Positions 1 through 11,870 of a stretch of 64,000 nucleotides of DNA are shown piece by piece; the stretch's first letter is position 1, and each line of letters starts with the position of its first letter. Where the stretch lies: positions 5,417 to 69,416 of the forward strand of contig JABHCP010000011.1 of the NCBI GenBank assembly GCA_018673485.1, given 5' to 3'. Made by a program: the position numbers and the translations under genes. The notes under the pieces are model-generated. The model was not told the DNA's origin, did not search any database, and saw nothing but the letters and a program-made list of their open reading frames with translations. Source of the stretch: Candidatus Uhrbacteria bacterium (GTDB lineage: Bacteria; Patescibacteriota; Patescibacteriia; UBA9934).

Positions 1-2
1 CG

Positions 3-866
3 ACAGATATTGGTTACCGGATTGGGCCAAGAATTAATGCGTCAGGAAGAATACGAGAGGCAAAGATCGCTTTCGACGCGATAAATGCAATGGATGCTAA
101 TGAGGCGACAAAGTTTGCGCTCGAGCTTGAGATGATAAATAGAGAGCGACAGAGATTATCCGACGCAGCGTATAAGGAAGCTCGAGTATTGATCGATTTG
201 GATAGGCATGTGCATGTTATTTGGGATCAAACATGGGCACCGGGAATCGTCGGACTCGTAGCAGGCAAGATCGCGCACGAGACTAACACGTCGACATTTG
301 CTCTAACAATCTCTGGAGATCAGTATGTTGGTTCAGGTCGCTCTGCGCGTGGACTTCATTTGGTCGAGGCCATGCACTCATGCGGTGATATTTTTGTAAA
401 AGCAGGCGGGCATCCGGAAGCATGTGGACTAACATTCGAGAGCCTCGAGATGGTTGAGCTGTTTAAAATTAAAGTTAATGAATTCGCTAAGGATCGATTG
501 GCGTTAGCTGAGGAAATGCAGGAGCTACTGATCGACTCAGAGGTCAGCTTTGAGGATATCGATTGGGCGCTCCATGAGCAGGTAGAGAAGTTCGCTCCTT
601 TCGGCAAGGGTAACAGCGAGCCAATTTTTTCCTTGATGAACGTAAGAGTCGCCTCGGTTAAAGTAATTGGGCAAACCGGAAAACATCTTAAGTTACGAGT
701 TGGTTCTGAAGCCCGATCAATCGACTGCATCGGATTTGGTTTCGGAGATTTAGGAACATCACTCAAGATCGGATCAAACATCGACCTCGCCTTTAAGATA
801 GGAGTCAATGAATGGAACGGACAACGTAATCTGCAGTTAATAATTGAGGATATTGTGATAAAATAG
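3..866 (+). CDS. recJ: ssDNA exonuclease RecJ, 3' part (truncated at window start)
   Basis: Open frame from position 3 (IGPRINASGR); GIVGLVAGKI, GSGRS, GGH, APFGKGN, KHLKL and NEWNG motifs. Confidence 0.93.
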   Translation, partial: TDIGYRIGPRINASGRIREAKIAFDAINAMDANEATKFALELEMINRERQRLSDAAYKEARVLIDLDRHVHVIWDQTWAPGIVGLVAGKIAHETNTSTFALTISGDQYVGSGRSARGLHLVEAMHSCGDIFVKAGGHPEACGLTFESLEMVELFKIKVNEFAKDRLALAEEMQELLIDSEVSFEDIDWALHEQVEKFAPFGKGNSEPIFSLMNVRVASVKVIGQTGKHLKLRVGSEARSIDCIGFGFGDLGTSLKIGSNIDLAFKIGVNEWNGQRNLQLIIEDIVIK

Positions 867-872
867 GCGCAT

Positions 873-1292
873 ATGCATGTACGATTATATTCTGATGGTG
901 GAGCGAGAGGGAATCCAGGGCCGGCTGGGGCGGGTTATATTATTTATGCAGTTGATGAGGATGGGAATCAAACGGATAGGCTTTTCGAAGGCAATGAGTA
1001 CATGGGCGTGGCTACAAATAACCAGGCTGAATATCACGCTATTGTGATTGGGCTCGAGAAGGCTCTTGAGCTTAACGCGACGAGCGTTGATTCGGTGCTT
1101 GATTCTGAGCTTTGCGTGAAGCAGTTGAATCGCGAGTATAAGGTTAAGAATGAAATTTTAGCGAAAAAATTTATTGAGGTTTATAACCTGCAGACTAAGT
1201 TTGAAAAAGTTACGTTCAGACATGTCCGGCGTGAGTATAATAAGGAGGCGGACGCTCAAGTTAATATCGCAATTGATGAAGCACTAAAGTAG
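873..1292 (+). CDS. rnhA: Ribonuclease HI family protein
   Basis: YSDGGARGNPGPAG, TNNQAEY, DSEL, HVRREYNKEAD motifs. Confidence 0.93.
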   Translation: MHVRLYSDGGARGNPGPAGAGYIIYAVDEDGNQTDRLFEGNEYMGVATNNQAEYHAIVIGLEKALELNATSVDSVLDSELCVKQLNREYKVKNEILAKKFIEVYNLQTKFEKVTFRHVRREYNKEADAQVNIAIDEALK

Positions 1293-1351
1293 CGTCGAAT
1301 TTTACTGCAATCTTTGCTATAATCGAGGTGCAACGAAACTCTATTTTTATT

Positions 1352-2497
1352 ATGAAATTTTTTTCAAAAAAGGATCAGGCAGGCGCGGGCATGATGGGTG
1401 TTGATATTGGCGCTGGCGGAATTAAGATAGTTGAAATTTTACCGCAGAAAGGTAGAGCAAAGCTTTCAACCTATGGTCATGCACAACGTAAGACTCATAC
1501 AGATGGTGCATTGATCGATCAACCACAAAAGGCTGCTAAGTTAATCAGCGCGGTTGTCAAAAAAGCTGGAATGAAATCCGGGCGAGTTAACGCTGCACTT
1601 CCGTCGCAGGCTGTTTTTCATGCCATAGTTACAATTCCGCAACCAAAAAGTAAAAAGGATGATTTGAAGCCATTAATTGAGGCTCAGGTGACAAAACTCT
1701 TACCAAGACCAATCGGCGAGATGATTCTTGATTCGACTGTGATAGACAAGCATTTGCTACCAAAGGATGAATCGGTTAAAGCTAAGAAATCAAAAGATAA
1801 AAAAGACGATAAAAAGTCTGAAGAGATTTTAAAGGCAAAAGAGCGCAAACATATACGAGTTTTGGTGTCAGGTGCTCCGAAAGTTTTGGTACAAAAATAC
1901 GTCGATATATTCAAAGTCGCAAAATTGGAATTGGCGTCTCTGGAGACTGAGGCGTTTGCACTAATCAGATCGTTGGTTGGAAAGGATATGTCTAAAATAA
2001 TGATTGTAGACATTGGTTACGAACGAACTAACATAACCATTGTGAGTCATGGTATTCCATTTTTGCATCGATCAATTAAAGCCGGAGGAATAAATGTAAC
2101 ACAGGCAATCGCAAAACAAATGGGAATATCGCCAGCACAAGCCGAGCAGGTTAAATTTGATTTGGCAATTGGTGCGCAGAAGGAGCAGAAGATGCCAAAT
2201 ATTATCCGTGAATCTGTGATGCCAATATTGCACGAGGTGAAATATGCGCTTGAGCTATACGATCAGCAGGATTTTCATGAGCACTCAGTAGTCGATAAAA
2301 TAATTCTCACCGGTGGGTCTGCACACTTACCATTTCTGGATCCATTCTTGACAGAGGCACTCAATATTAATGTTTACTTGGGTAATCCATGGGCAAGAAT
2401 CGCAACTCCGGAAGGTTCACAGGAGGTATTGAGTGAGATTGGCCCAAGAATGGCAGTTGCTGCCGGTTTAGCCATGAAAGTATCAAAGAATTCATAA
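1352..2497 (+). CDS. pilM: Type IV pilus assembly protein PilM
   Basis: GVDIG...IKIVE, IVDIGYERT, ILTGGSA actin-like motifs and C-terminal AVAAGLA; ATG at 1352 preferred over GTG at 1328. Confidence 0.9.
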   Translation: MKFFSKKDQAGAGMMGVDIGAGGIKIVEILPQKGRAKLSTYGHAQRKTHTDGALIDQPQKAAKLISAVVKKAGMKSGRVNAALPSQAVFHAIVTIPQPKSKKDDLKPLIEAQVTKLLPRPIGEMILDSTVIDKHLLPKDESVKAKKSKDKKDDKKSEEILKAKERKHIRVLVSGAPKVLVQKYVDIFKVAKLELASLETEAFALIRSLVGKDMSKIMIVDIGYERTNITIVSHGIPFLHRSIKAGGINVTQAIAKQMGISPAQAEQVKFDLAIGAQKEQKMPNIIRESVMPILHEVKYALELYDQQDFHEHSVVDKIILTGGSAHLPFLDPFLTEALNINVYLGNPWARIATPEGSQEVLSEIGPRMAVAAGLAMKVSKNS

Positions 2498-2498
2498 T

Positions 2499-2861
2499 AT
2501 GCGTTCGATCTTAATCATTGCGTGCGATTTTTACCTGGCCGGTATATACGGCCGAAAGTTTGAGCACGATGGTTGGGATGTCGAGATTGCTGAGTCGATA
2601 GCTGACGGTAAGACGATGATCGCAAAAATGCAGCCGGACGTTGTATTGCTTGAGAAGGATTGCACAAAAGATATTGTTGATTTGGTGCGAGAACTCAAGG
2701 GCTTGCCAACGATGCAATCTGCTAAGCTAGTTATTTTAGCCAAAGAATCAGATCGTGATGAAATTCAAAAAGCACGAAACGCGGGTGCCGATCAATACCT
2801 TCTTCTGGGACACTTCGTTCCACATGAGGCAGTTGAAAAAATAAGACAACTTGTATCGTGA
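2499..2861 (+). CDS. Stand-alone receiver-domain protein, atypical (phospho-acceptor Asp appears to be Glu: PDVVLLE)
   Basis: CheY-like pattern ILII...PDVVLL...AGADQYL. Confidence 0.75.
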   Translation: MRSILIIACDFYLAGIYGRKFEHDGWDVEIAESIADGKTMIAKMQPDVVLLEKDCTKDIVDLVRELKGLPTMQSAKLVILAKESDRDEIQKARNAGADQYLLLGHFVPHEAVEKIRQLVS

Positions 2862-2875
2862 TATAATCACAACAT

Positions 2876-3382
2876 ATGTATAAAAGCGGATTTACAAAAA
2901 TTGAGATTCTAATTATTGCGACCATTGTTGGTGTGCTAGGGCTGAGTGCTGTTTTTGCAGTAACGACTGCCAGATCACGAACTCGTGACGCTGTGAGGAT
3001 GTCCGATGTACGACAAGTGCAAGCGGGCCTTGAGGTTTACTTTATAGGCAACAATGCCTATCCGGAGTCGTTGGATTATATGGCGCTAGGAACAGCTACA
3101 ACTAAATGCCTTACTCAAAATGGATTTACATCAAATTGCACGAGCGGTGCATATTTGGAGGCAGTGCCGAGCGCGCCGAGCGCTGGTCTTGCCGGGCTTT
3201 CATCTTGCTTAGGGGTATCTGACGCTTATTGCTATTTAGCTCAAAATGGAGACTATAGAATTCAATTTGAACTTGAACACAATAATAGTTTAGTAGGACT
3301 TCAAAAAGGAGCAAATTGCGCAACTCAAGATGGATTAAAATCTGGCGAGTGTAGTGCTTTGCCAATTGGTGGATCTAATTAG
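2876..3382 (+). CDS. Type IV pilin / pseudopilin (GspG-like)
   Basis: GFTKIEILII prepilin motif; RDAVRMSDVRQVQAGLEVY...YP helix. Confidence 0.85.
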   Translation: MYKSGFTKIEILIIATIVGVLGLSAVFAVTTARSRTRDAVRMSDVRQVQAGLEVYFIGNNAYPESLDYMALGTATTKCLTQNGFTSNCTSGAYLEAVPSAPSAGLAGLSSCLGVSDAYCYLAQNGDYRIQFELEHNNSLVGLQKGANCATQDGLKSGECSALPIGGSN

Positions 3383-3387
3383 AGATT

Positions 3388-4179
3388 ATGACTGAGATCA
3401 TTTGGACAATATTAGTTAGCTTGGGTGGAATCTGCATTGGATCACTTTTAAACACAGTTGTATTTAGGGTGCAGAAAAACATCCCCATCAAAGAACGTTC
3501 AAAATGCATGAAGTGCTTGAAGCCGATTCACTGGGTAGACAAGGTGCCGATTGTAAGCTTCTTCAATCTAAAAGGACGATGTAGAAATTGTTCAGATGTT
3601 ATTTCATGGCAGTACCCAATCATCGAGATGACGACTGGAATACTCATCGGCCTGCTCTTTGTACGTGCACTATTCGGATTCGGATTTTTCGGCTTCGAGG
3701 ATCACACCGAGTGGCTGATCGTATTTGCTCGTGATGCAATAATCGCATGTCTTCTACTTATCATATTTATATATGATTATAAGTATTCGATAATCTTGGA
3801 TCGATTTTCTGTGCCAGCGATTGGTGTCGCGATTGTCTTTAACGTCATTCTTGGCGCAAGTTCGATGGAAATGTTACTTTCTGGTCTTTTGATCGGTGCA
3901 TTCTTCGCATTTCAGTTCTTAGTATCACGTGGAAGATGGGTTGGCTCGGGCGACATTCGTATGGGACTTTTGATCGGGGTCTTATTCGGTGCAAAGCTTG
4001 GAATAGTGGCCTTGCTTCTTTCGTACATTCTGGGTGCATTCGCGGGAGTCTTCTTGATAGTATTCAAGAAAAGAAAACTGGAAAGCCATGTACCATTTGG
4101 TACATTCATGACTTTGGCAATGATACTAACGTTATTCTTCGGAGAGATGCTGGTAGACTGGTACTTGGGAATGTTATAA
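3388..4179 (+). CDS. pilD: Prepilin peptidase
   Basis: GSLLN, CxxC...CxxC, GSGD, PFGTF motifs. Confidence 0.92.
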   Translation: MTEIIWTILVSLGGICIGSLLNTVVFRVQKNIPIKERSKCMKCLKPIHWVDKVPIVSFFNLKGRCRNCSDVISWQYPIIEMTTGILIGLLFVRALFGFGFFGFEDHTEWLIVFARDAIIACLLLIIFIYDYKYSIILDRFSVPAIGVAIVFNVILGASSMEMLLSGLLIGAFFAFQFLVSRGRWVGSGDIRMGLLIGVLFGAKLGIVALLLSYILGAFAGVFLIVFKKRKLESHVPFGTFMTLAMILTLFFGEMLVDWYLGML

Positions 4180-4193
4180 AATATTTGATAACT

Positions 4194-4337
4194 AAAAAAC
4201 CACCGCTTACACTGTCCCATCCAGAACGAATGTGAGGGATCTTCTTAGCTCGATCGAAACGAGAAGATTTCTCCCCCTCGACAAGCTCAGGATCTAACGA
4301 CTGGACGTCGAAATGGAAGTGTGAGTGGTGGTTTTTT
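4194..4337. repeat. Nested palindromic REP-like element within a bidirectional terminator (copy A)
   Basis: AAAAAACCACC...GGTGGTTTTTT outer arms; inner GGATCTTCT-CGATCG-AGAAGATTTC; related to 10864-10990 and 60356-60505. Confidence 0.75.
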
Positions 4338-4436
4338 ATTATCAATGTAAATATCTTCTTTTCATCATATGTTCGTTCGAACATATGATGAAAATTTGTA
4401 TTTCGACAAAAGTCCTTAAAATTAACATCAAAGCAG

Positions 4437-4486
4437 TTTTTTATATTCAACATATGTCCGATCGGACATATGTTGAATATAAAAAA
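4437..4486. repeat. Perfect 50-bp palindrome centred on CGATCG
   Basis: Base-by-base symmetry checked over 4437-4486. Confidence 0.9.
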
Positions 4487-4539
4487 ATGATCCCTACTAA
4501 TTGTAAGGATCACCTTATATCACTCAGGTTATTTTATTT

Positions 4540-5181
4540 TTAAAAATCATCAGCTGAAAGTGTTGGTACGGACTCAAGTTCTTTGTATAGATTAGCTTTT
4601 GCTTTTTCTAAATCTTTTGCATCTAATTTTTTGTATTCCGTTTCAATGTACGTATCGACCTTGGCAGCCATTTCCTTTGCGCGTTCAAGCTCGAGTTCAA
4701 GCTCCTGACCTTCAGTTTCAAGTGGCCCATAATTAAGTTCCATGTTTAGCTTAGAGTCTGCGGTGACAATTGTTCCAAGATCGATCGAGTGCCGTCTTAC
4801 ATTGCTTAAATCGCTGGTCGCAGCTCCGATTCGCTGTCGCAGTCCTTTGGATCCATTATGCAATCTAAGAATCGCATCTTTGTGACCAATATCAAATTGA
4901 TCAGCGAGTGTTCCATTTTGAGCTAATTCAGAAAGTTGCTCTAAGCTCATCTTTACGTCACCACCACCAATATTGAACTGATCAGTAATGTTGCTTAGCG
5001 AAGCGATTTCTCGTTTTGCATCCGCAAGGTCTAGTTTTAAATCCTGCATTAGATCTTTACCTTGCTCAAGAGAAGTTTTTTCAACTTGAGCCGCTTTGGG
5101 TGCAATATCAACGATTGGAGTGGCAGTATCAACAGTCGTAGTATCAACATCAGTGCTCGAAGTTCCACCGTCTAAAACCAT
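4540..5181 (-). CDS. Hypothetical acidic coiled-coil protein
   Basis: 213-aa ORF, helical heptad-rich composition. Confidence 0.65.
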   Translation of the reverse strand: MVLDGGTSSTDVDTTTVDTATPIVDIAPKAAQVEKTSLEQGKDLMQDLKLDLADAKREIASLSNITDQFNIGGGDVKMSLEQLSELAQNGTLADQFDIGHKDAILRLHNGSKGLRQRIGAATSDLSNVRRHSIDLGTIVTADSKLNMELNYGPLETEGQELELELERAKEMAAKVDTYIETEYKKLDAKDLEKAKANLYKELESVPTLSADDF

Positions 5182-5368
5182 ATAAAATTTGTTACTTATT
5201 ACAAGATTATTGTAGCAGTTTTATCAATTAGTGCGAGTTTTATCCACAGGAAGCTTACCCCCTGAGAGTCCAACTCCCGAGAGTTCGACTCTGGTTTTGT
5301 TGAGCTATGACTATATCCATAGAATGATAAACCCCCACGTCACGATGACGCGGGGGCGAGGTGCGGCG

Positions 5369-5473
5369 CTAGGTGTTGTCCTGGCTGCGGAACGGGGCGG
5401 TCAGCTCGATCTCCAAGCGGCCCTTACGGGTCTTGGAGTTGCAGAAACACGGTGTATATTTGGTTCTTAACAT
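5369..5473 (-). pseudogene. Probable 3' remnant of a GC-rich gene with its terminator (about 5331-5356)
   Basis: TTC TGC AAC TCC AAG ACC...AAC ACC TAG, almost all codons ending in G/C, followed by hairpin CCCCCGCGTCA-TCG-TGACGTGGGGG. Confidence 0.45.
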
Positions 5474-5475
5474 AA

Positions 5476-5515
5476 AAAATATATCCCTGCGTTCGGTGAC
5501 GTAGGGATATATTTT
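5476..5515. terminator. Intrinsic terminator hairpin
   Basis: AAAATATATCCCTGCGT...ACGTAGGGATATATTTT downstream of ORF 5530-6132. Confidence 0.7.
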
Positions 5516-5529
5516 GGATTTTGATGTTC

Positions 5530-6132
5530 TTATTTTGCGCTTAGCTCAGCTTCTTTTCTTGCTGCATAATCTTCGATCTTCTTCATTTCAGCAAGGAATG
5601 CCTTTGCTTGCTCTATGCTTGCTAAGACTTCTTCAAGATACGGTCGTTCGACGCTTAAGTCTTCTTCAAGATACGGTTGTTCCGTGTTGGTCTTTTCCGA
5701 ATCTTTAATAGCTTGTGCGTATCTCTCTGCTGCTTCTAGTGAATTAATAATCTCTTCTGCATCACTGAGCTGTGCCTCCATTTGTCCTTTTGCGTAATCA
5801 AGAAATTGATTCATTGCATCTACATAGCCACGTGCAGGCTGCTTGATGTCCTCAGCGGCACTATCAATCATGTCCATGGCAAGCTCGAAGGCGACTTTGT
5901 ATCCCCCAATTCCTTCAGGTACAGAGTGACGTTTATTCCCTGGATTTAAATCTCGAATATTGAAACGATATCTTTCATTTTTTTTTAAGGCTTCGTATGT
6001 GGCATCTGCATGTCCAAGTGCGCCAGTAAGTCGATTGTTTGCGGCTACTTCGTCGTCATATACCTGTCTCTCAGCATCATTGTCCAAGGTTCGTTTCTGA
6101 CTAATTTTTTCCAGCTCAGGTTTTGTGTCCAT
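5530..6132 (-). CDS. Hypothetical acidic coiled-coil protein
   Basis: 200-aa ORF; internal PYLEE duplication. Confidence 0.65.
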   Translation of the reverse strand: MDTKPELEKISQKRTLDNDAERQVYDDEVAANNRLTGALGHADATYEALKKNERYRFNIRDLNPGNKRHSVPEGIGGYKVAFELAMDMIDSAAEDIKQPARGYVDAMNQFLDYAKGQMEAQLSDAEEIINSLEAAERYAQAIKDSEKTNTEQPYLEEDLSVERPYLEEVLASIEQAKAFLAEMKKIEDYAARKEAELSAK

Positions 6133-6286
6133 AATTGAATGTGTGTTAATTATAGTTCAATATTAACATATTTTCCCCTGCAAAAAAGTCTTATCCACAC
6201 CATTATAACCAAGGGTAAAAGCGTATTATTTTTTTGGATATAGATACACACAGACTTCGTTTCGTAGATGAGGTGAGATTTGATAA

Positions 6287-8347
<2,061 letters not shown>

Positions 8348-8350
8348 AAT

Positions 8351-8644
8351 ATGCCTAATATAGAATTTGACATAGATCACGTTGCAAAGTTAGCAATGCT
8401 CGACATTAATGATGAAGAGCGCGCTATGTTTGCAGAGCAGCTACCGTCCATTCTTGCATACGTAGGTAAACTGGCAGAAGTTGACACTGAAGGAGTTGAT
8501 TCTTCAGCGTATATTTCTGATCTTCAAGATGTAATGCGTAAGGATGAAGAGGTTAGATCATCTAATGAGCTTCGAGCGAGCCTTATAAAATCATTTCCAA
8601 AAGAGTCAGGTGGTGCGCTTGAAGTGCCAGCGGTTTTTGAATAA
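8351..8644 (+). CDS. gatC: Asp/Glu-tRNA amidotransferase subunit C
   Basis: HVAKLA...L.EVDTEGV...VPAV; directly upstream of gatA. Confidence 0.9.
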   Translation: MPNIEFDIDHVAKLAMLDINDEERAMFAEQLPSILAYVGKLAEVDTEGVDSSAYISDLQDVMRKDEEVRSSNELRASLIKSFPKESGGALEVPAVFE

Positions 8645-8649
8645 TAGAT

Positions 8650-10074
8650 ATGGAATATACAACAGCAGTACAAATTAGAAATGCGATTGAAAATAAGAAG
8701 GTGACAGCCATTGAAGTGTTGGAGCACTATTTGGATATTATCGCGCAGAAAGATAAAGAGATCGGTGCGTTTTTAGAAGTGTTTGAAGACGACGCTCGTG
8801 CTCAGGCAAAAAAGATAGATGAGATGGTAGCCTCTGGTGAATCATTGCCACGCATGGCCGGAGTGCCAATTGCGGTCAAGGATAATATTTTAGTGAAGGG
8901 GCACATTGCGAGCGCTGGCTCTAAGATACTCGAGAATCACGTTGCGACGTATGATGCAACTGCAGTCGCAAATCTTAAAGAAGCTGGAGCGGTCATTATA
9001 GGACGAACGAACATGGATGAGTTTGCGATGGGATCTTCTACTGAAACTAGTTTTTGGCAGGTGACAAAAAACCCAGTTGATACAACCAAGGTTCCGGGTG
9101 GGTCTTCAGGTGGTTCAGTGGCAGCAGTTGCCGCTGGAATGGTCCCAGTAGCTCTAGGATCAAGCACAGGGGGCTCTATACAACAACCTGCGTCATTGTG
9201 TGGAGTTTATGGAATGAAGCCAACATACGGCTTTGTATCGCGTTATGGTTTGATTGCGCTTGGTTCAAGTTTGGATCAAATTGGCGCGATTACTAATGAC
9301 GCGAAAGATATGGCGCTTGTTTTGGAAGTTATAGAGGGTATTGATGAGCATGATGCAACCAGCGTTGATATTCCTGAGGTTGTAACACATGAGCTTTTGC
9401 AAGACAATTTTGAAGGTATGACGTTTGGAGTTCCAAAAGAATACTTCGTTGACGAGATGGATGCTGATGTGAAGAAATTAGTGGAAGAGGCGATCGAGAA
9501 GATAAAAAGTGCAGGTGGTACAATTAAAGAAGTTAGCTTACCACTTACTGAGTACGCGCTTCCGGCTTATTACATTATCCAGCCTGCTGAGGCGAGCTCT
9601 AACCTGGGACGATTCGATGGAATGCGATATGGAACGCGAGCTCAATCTGACAAGCTTAAGGAAAGTTACTTGATGTCTCGCGGTGGGGGATTTGGAAAAG
9701 AGGTAAAAAGACGAATAATGATCGGTACCTATGTTCTCTCAGCCGGTTATTATGACGCGTATTACAAAAAGGCGCTTCAAATCAGGCAGATGATCTCTAA
9801 AGACTTCGAGCGTGTTTTTGAGGAAGTTGATGTACTTGTGGGACCAACCTCACCGGTCGTTGCTTGGGGACTTGGGGATAAGTTTGACGACCCAATTGCG
9901 ATGTATCTGGCTGATATTTTCACAGTTTCGGTTAACATTGCAGGAATTTCTAGTATTTCAGTACCGTGTGGTTTAGCCAAAGGGCTTCCAGTCGGTTTAC
10001 AGTTTTTGGCAGGAGCCGGACAAGATGGTAAAATTTTGCGTGCAGCAGCAGCCTTTGAGGCGCTGACAAAATAA
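8650..10074 (+). CDS. gatA: Asp/Glu-tRNA amidotransferase subunit A
   Basis: Amidase signature KDN, TNMDEFAMGSS, PGGSSGGS, SNLGRFDG, EVKRRIMIG. Confidence 0.96.
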   Translation: MEYTTAVQIRNAIENKKVTAIEVLEHYLDIIAQKDKEIGAFLEVFEDDARAQAKKIDEMVASGESLPRMAGVPIAVKDNILVKGHIASAGSKILENHVATYDATAVANLKEAGAVIIGRTNMDEFAMGSSTETSFWQVTKNPVDTTKVPGGSSGGSVAAVAAGMVPVALGSSTGGSIQQPASLCGVYGMKPTYGFVSRYGLIALGSSLDQIGAITNDAKDMALVLEVIEGIDEHDATSVDIPEVVTHELLQDNFEGMTFGVPKEYFVDEMDADVKKLVEEAIEKIKSAGGTIKEVSLPLTEYALPAYYIIQPAEASSNLGRFDGMRYGTRAQSDKLKESYLMSRGGGFGKEVKRRIMIGTYVLSAGYYDAYYKKALQIRQMISKDFERVFEEVDVLVGPTSPVVAWGLGDKFDDPIAMYLADIFTVSVNIAGISSISVPCGLAKGLPVGLQFLAGAGQDGKILRAAAAFEALTK

Positions 10075-10134
10075 GCACATGTATGGCTCGATATGAGCTG
10101 TACGGGGGAAATTAATAAACTAAATATTTGTTCT

Positions 10135-10845
10135 ATGGAAGAAAAATCAAATGGATTTTTTGACGCAAACCCAAAGATGTTGTTCGTTTTCGGACTTGTC
10201 TGTGGTATTGCGGTTACATTAATAATCGGAGGGGCGTGGCCTGACTTTGATTCGCTGGGTGATGATTCCGACGACGACATAGTTGTGGTTGATGCGGGAT
10301 CAGATCTACCAGATGAGGAGCCTGCAGTTCTCGCAACGGTAACTGAGGATGATCATATTCGAGGAGATATCAATAACGCTAAGGTAGTAATTATCGAGTA
10401 CTCTGACTTTGAGTGCCCATACTGCAGTAACCATCATCCAACATTGGTTGATGTAAGCGAGACATATGGTGACGATGTTGCGTGGGTGTACCGACACTTC
10501 CCACTCTCATTCCACGCAGAGGCAGTGCCATCAGCGCTTGCGTCTGAGTGTGCAGCAGATCAAGACATGTTCTGGGACTACGCTGACGCTCTTTACGAGA
10601 ATCAGTCTGAGCTAGGAGATGATCTATATGTTGAATTAGCAACTGACTTAGGGCTTGACGTGAGTCAGTTCTCTGATTGCTACGAAAGCGAGAAGTACAT
10701 GGATGATATCCAAGAAGACTTGGATAGCGGAGCCGCTGCAGGAGTTACTGGAACCCCAGGAAACTTTGTTAACGGAATCGCAGTATCAGGCGCGCAACCT
10801 GCCTCAGTATTCGAAGGTTTGATTGATCAAATACTAGCTGAGTAA
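10135..10845 (+). CDS. Membrane-anchored DsbA/thioredoxin-fold protein
   Basis: EYSDFECPYC, RHFPL, GVTGTP, GAQP. Confidence 0.9.
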   Translation: MEEKSNGFFDANPKMLFVFGLVCGIAVTLIIGGAWPDFDSLGDDSDDDIVVVDAGSDLPDEEPAVLATVTEDDHIRGDINNAKVVIIEYSDFECPYCSNHHPTLVDVSETYGDDVAWVYRHFPLSFHAEAVPSALASECAADQDMFWDYADALYENQSELGDDLYVELATDLGLDVSQFSDCYESEKYMDDIQEDLDSGAAAGVTGTPGNFVNGIAVSGAQPASVFEGLIDQILAE

Positions 10846-10863
10846 GTTCAATACAGAATTAAG

Positions 10864-10990
10864 AAAAACCGCCCTAATCACCATTTCGAAGGCCGTTCGA
10901 CGGTCGAGAAATCTTCTGACTTCGATCGAACTCAAGAAGATCTCTCACCCCTTCGGGGATTCGAGATGGAAGATCAGTTGGCGGTTTTTT
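10864..10990. repeat. Nested palindromic REP-like element within a terminator (copy B)
   Basis: AAAAACCGCC...GGCGGTTTTTT; CCATTTCGAA...TTCGAGATGG; GAGAAATCTTCT-CGATCG-AGAAGATCTCTC. Confidence 0.75.
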
Positions 10991-11013
10991 GGTCTAACTT
11001 TAGCGCCTTACTA

Positions 11014-11042
11014 TTGACAAAAGTGCTTTTTTGTGTTATATT
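11014..11042 (+). promoter_or_regulatory. Sigma70 promoter
   Basis: TTGACA-17 bp-TATATT with extended TG. Confidence 0.7.
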
Positions 11043-11091
11043 TGTTTGTTCGAGAAAATCAATCACACCCACCTATAGGAGATGGCAAGCC

Positions 11092-11463
11092 ATGAGTGCT
11101 ACCCATCAGTACACTGAAAAGAGGCTGGCAGTTCGCTGGTACGACTACTACAGCGACAACACATCTGCTGACCAGTTCCTAGTGAGCATCCACCACTGGG
11201 ATATCGAAGACTTGGAGCGGGAGCTCGAGGGTAAGAAGGTCCCGGGACCAGATGGAACCTCCCGCACGGTCATGGCCGGTCCGGATCGTCACGGCCGCGT
11301 CATGTTCGAGGATGGCTCTGAGGCTTTCCTCCACTGCGAGCACTTTTTCGGGCAAGATACGCTCGAGGGTCGCATTGAAGTGCGACGCCAGGATCGTCAG
11401 CTCCGTGAGGAAGCCGGCCTGGTCTGGGACGCATCGAAGTGCGCCCCACGCTCCACCCTGTAA
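11092..11463 (+). CDS. GC-rich hypothetical protein
   Basis: High GC3, AGGAG upstream of ATG 11092, own promoter, terminator at about 11495-11530. Confidence 0.65.
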   Translation: MSATHQYTEKRLAVRWYDYYSDNTSADQFLVSIHHWDIEDLERELEGKKVPGPDGTSRTVMAGPDRHGRVMFEDGSEAFLHCEHFFGQDTLEGRIEVRRQDRQLREEAGLVWDASKCAPRSTL

Positions 11464-11552
11464 CAGCGCCCACGTGTCGCAAGACGCATCTTCTTCACCC
11501 GCATCATCCGTGATGTGGGTGATGTTTTTTAAAAAGGCCTTGCGGCCTTTGT

Positions 11553-11870
11553 TTATTTTGGATTTTTTATGCACCAGTTTACCCAGCCTGTGATTCTCAT
11601 TAATTCTTTTTCGACAACCGGGGAATCGTATTCAGCATTGTGCATGTGGCCTCCGCCATAGCCTGGTTTTTTTTGGTCGATGTGAAGATCAAAGGTGACT
11701 TTATCTGCTGATTTTTTTAGATACAAATGAAACCTTGGGTAGAATCCAGAAGTTAGTCGAAGAATGAAGCTCTCGTTTTTTGTGCGAGGGTCAACAAAAG
11801 GCGAATACCCAGCTTTGCGAAGAACTGCTAGAGGGTTAGGAACGTGCAGGGTTTGGAATGACGCTTTCAT
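11553..11870 (-). CDS. Conserved-looking hypothetical protein
   Basis: ORF with YPRFHLY...LHIDQKK; start at MKASF preferred. Confidence 0.6.
   Translation of the reverse strand: MKASFQTLHVPNPLAVLRKAGYSPFVDPRTKNESFILRLTSGFYPRFHLYLKKSADKVTFDLHIDQKKPGYGGGHMHNAEYDSPVVEKELMRITGWVNWCIKNPK

Noticed and set aside
5240-6199. oriC
   Set aside because: Only two isolated DnaA boxes ~950 bp apart and separated by a gene; no box cluster and no dnaA/dnaN nearby.
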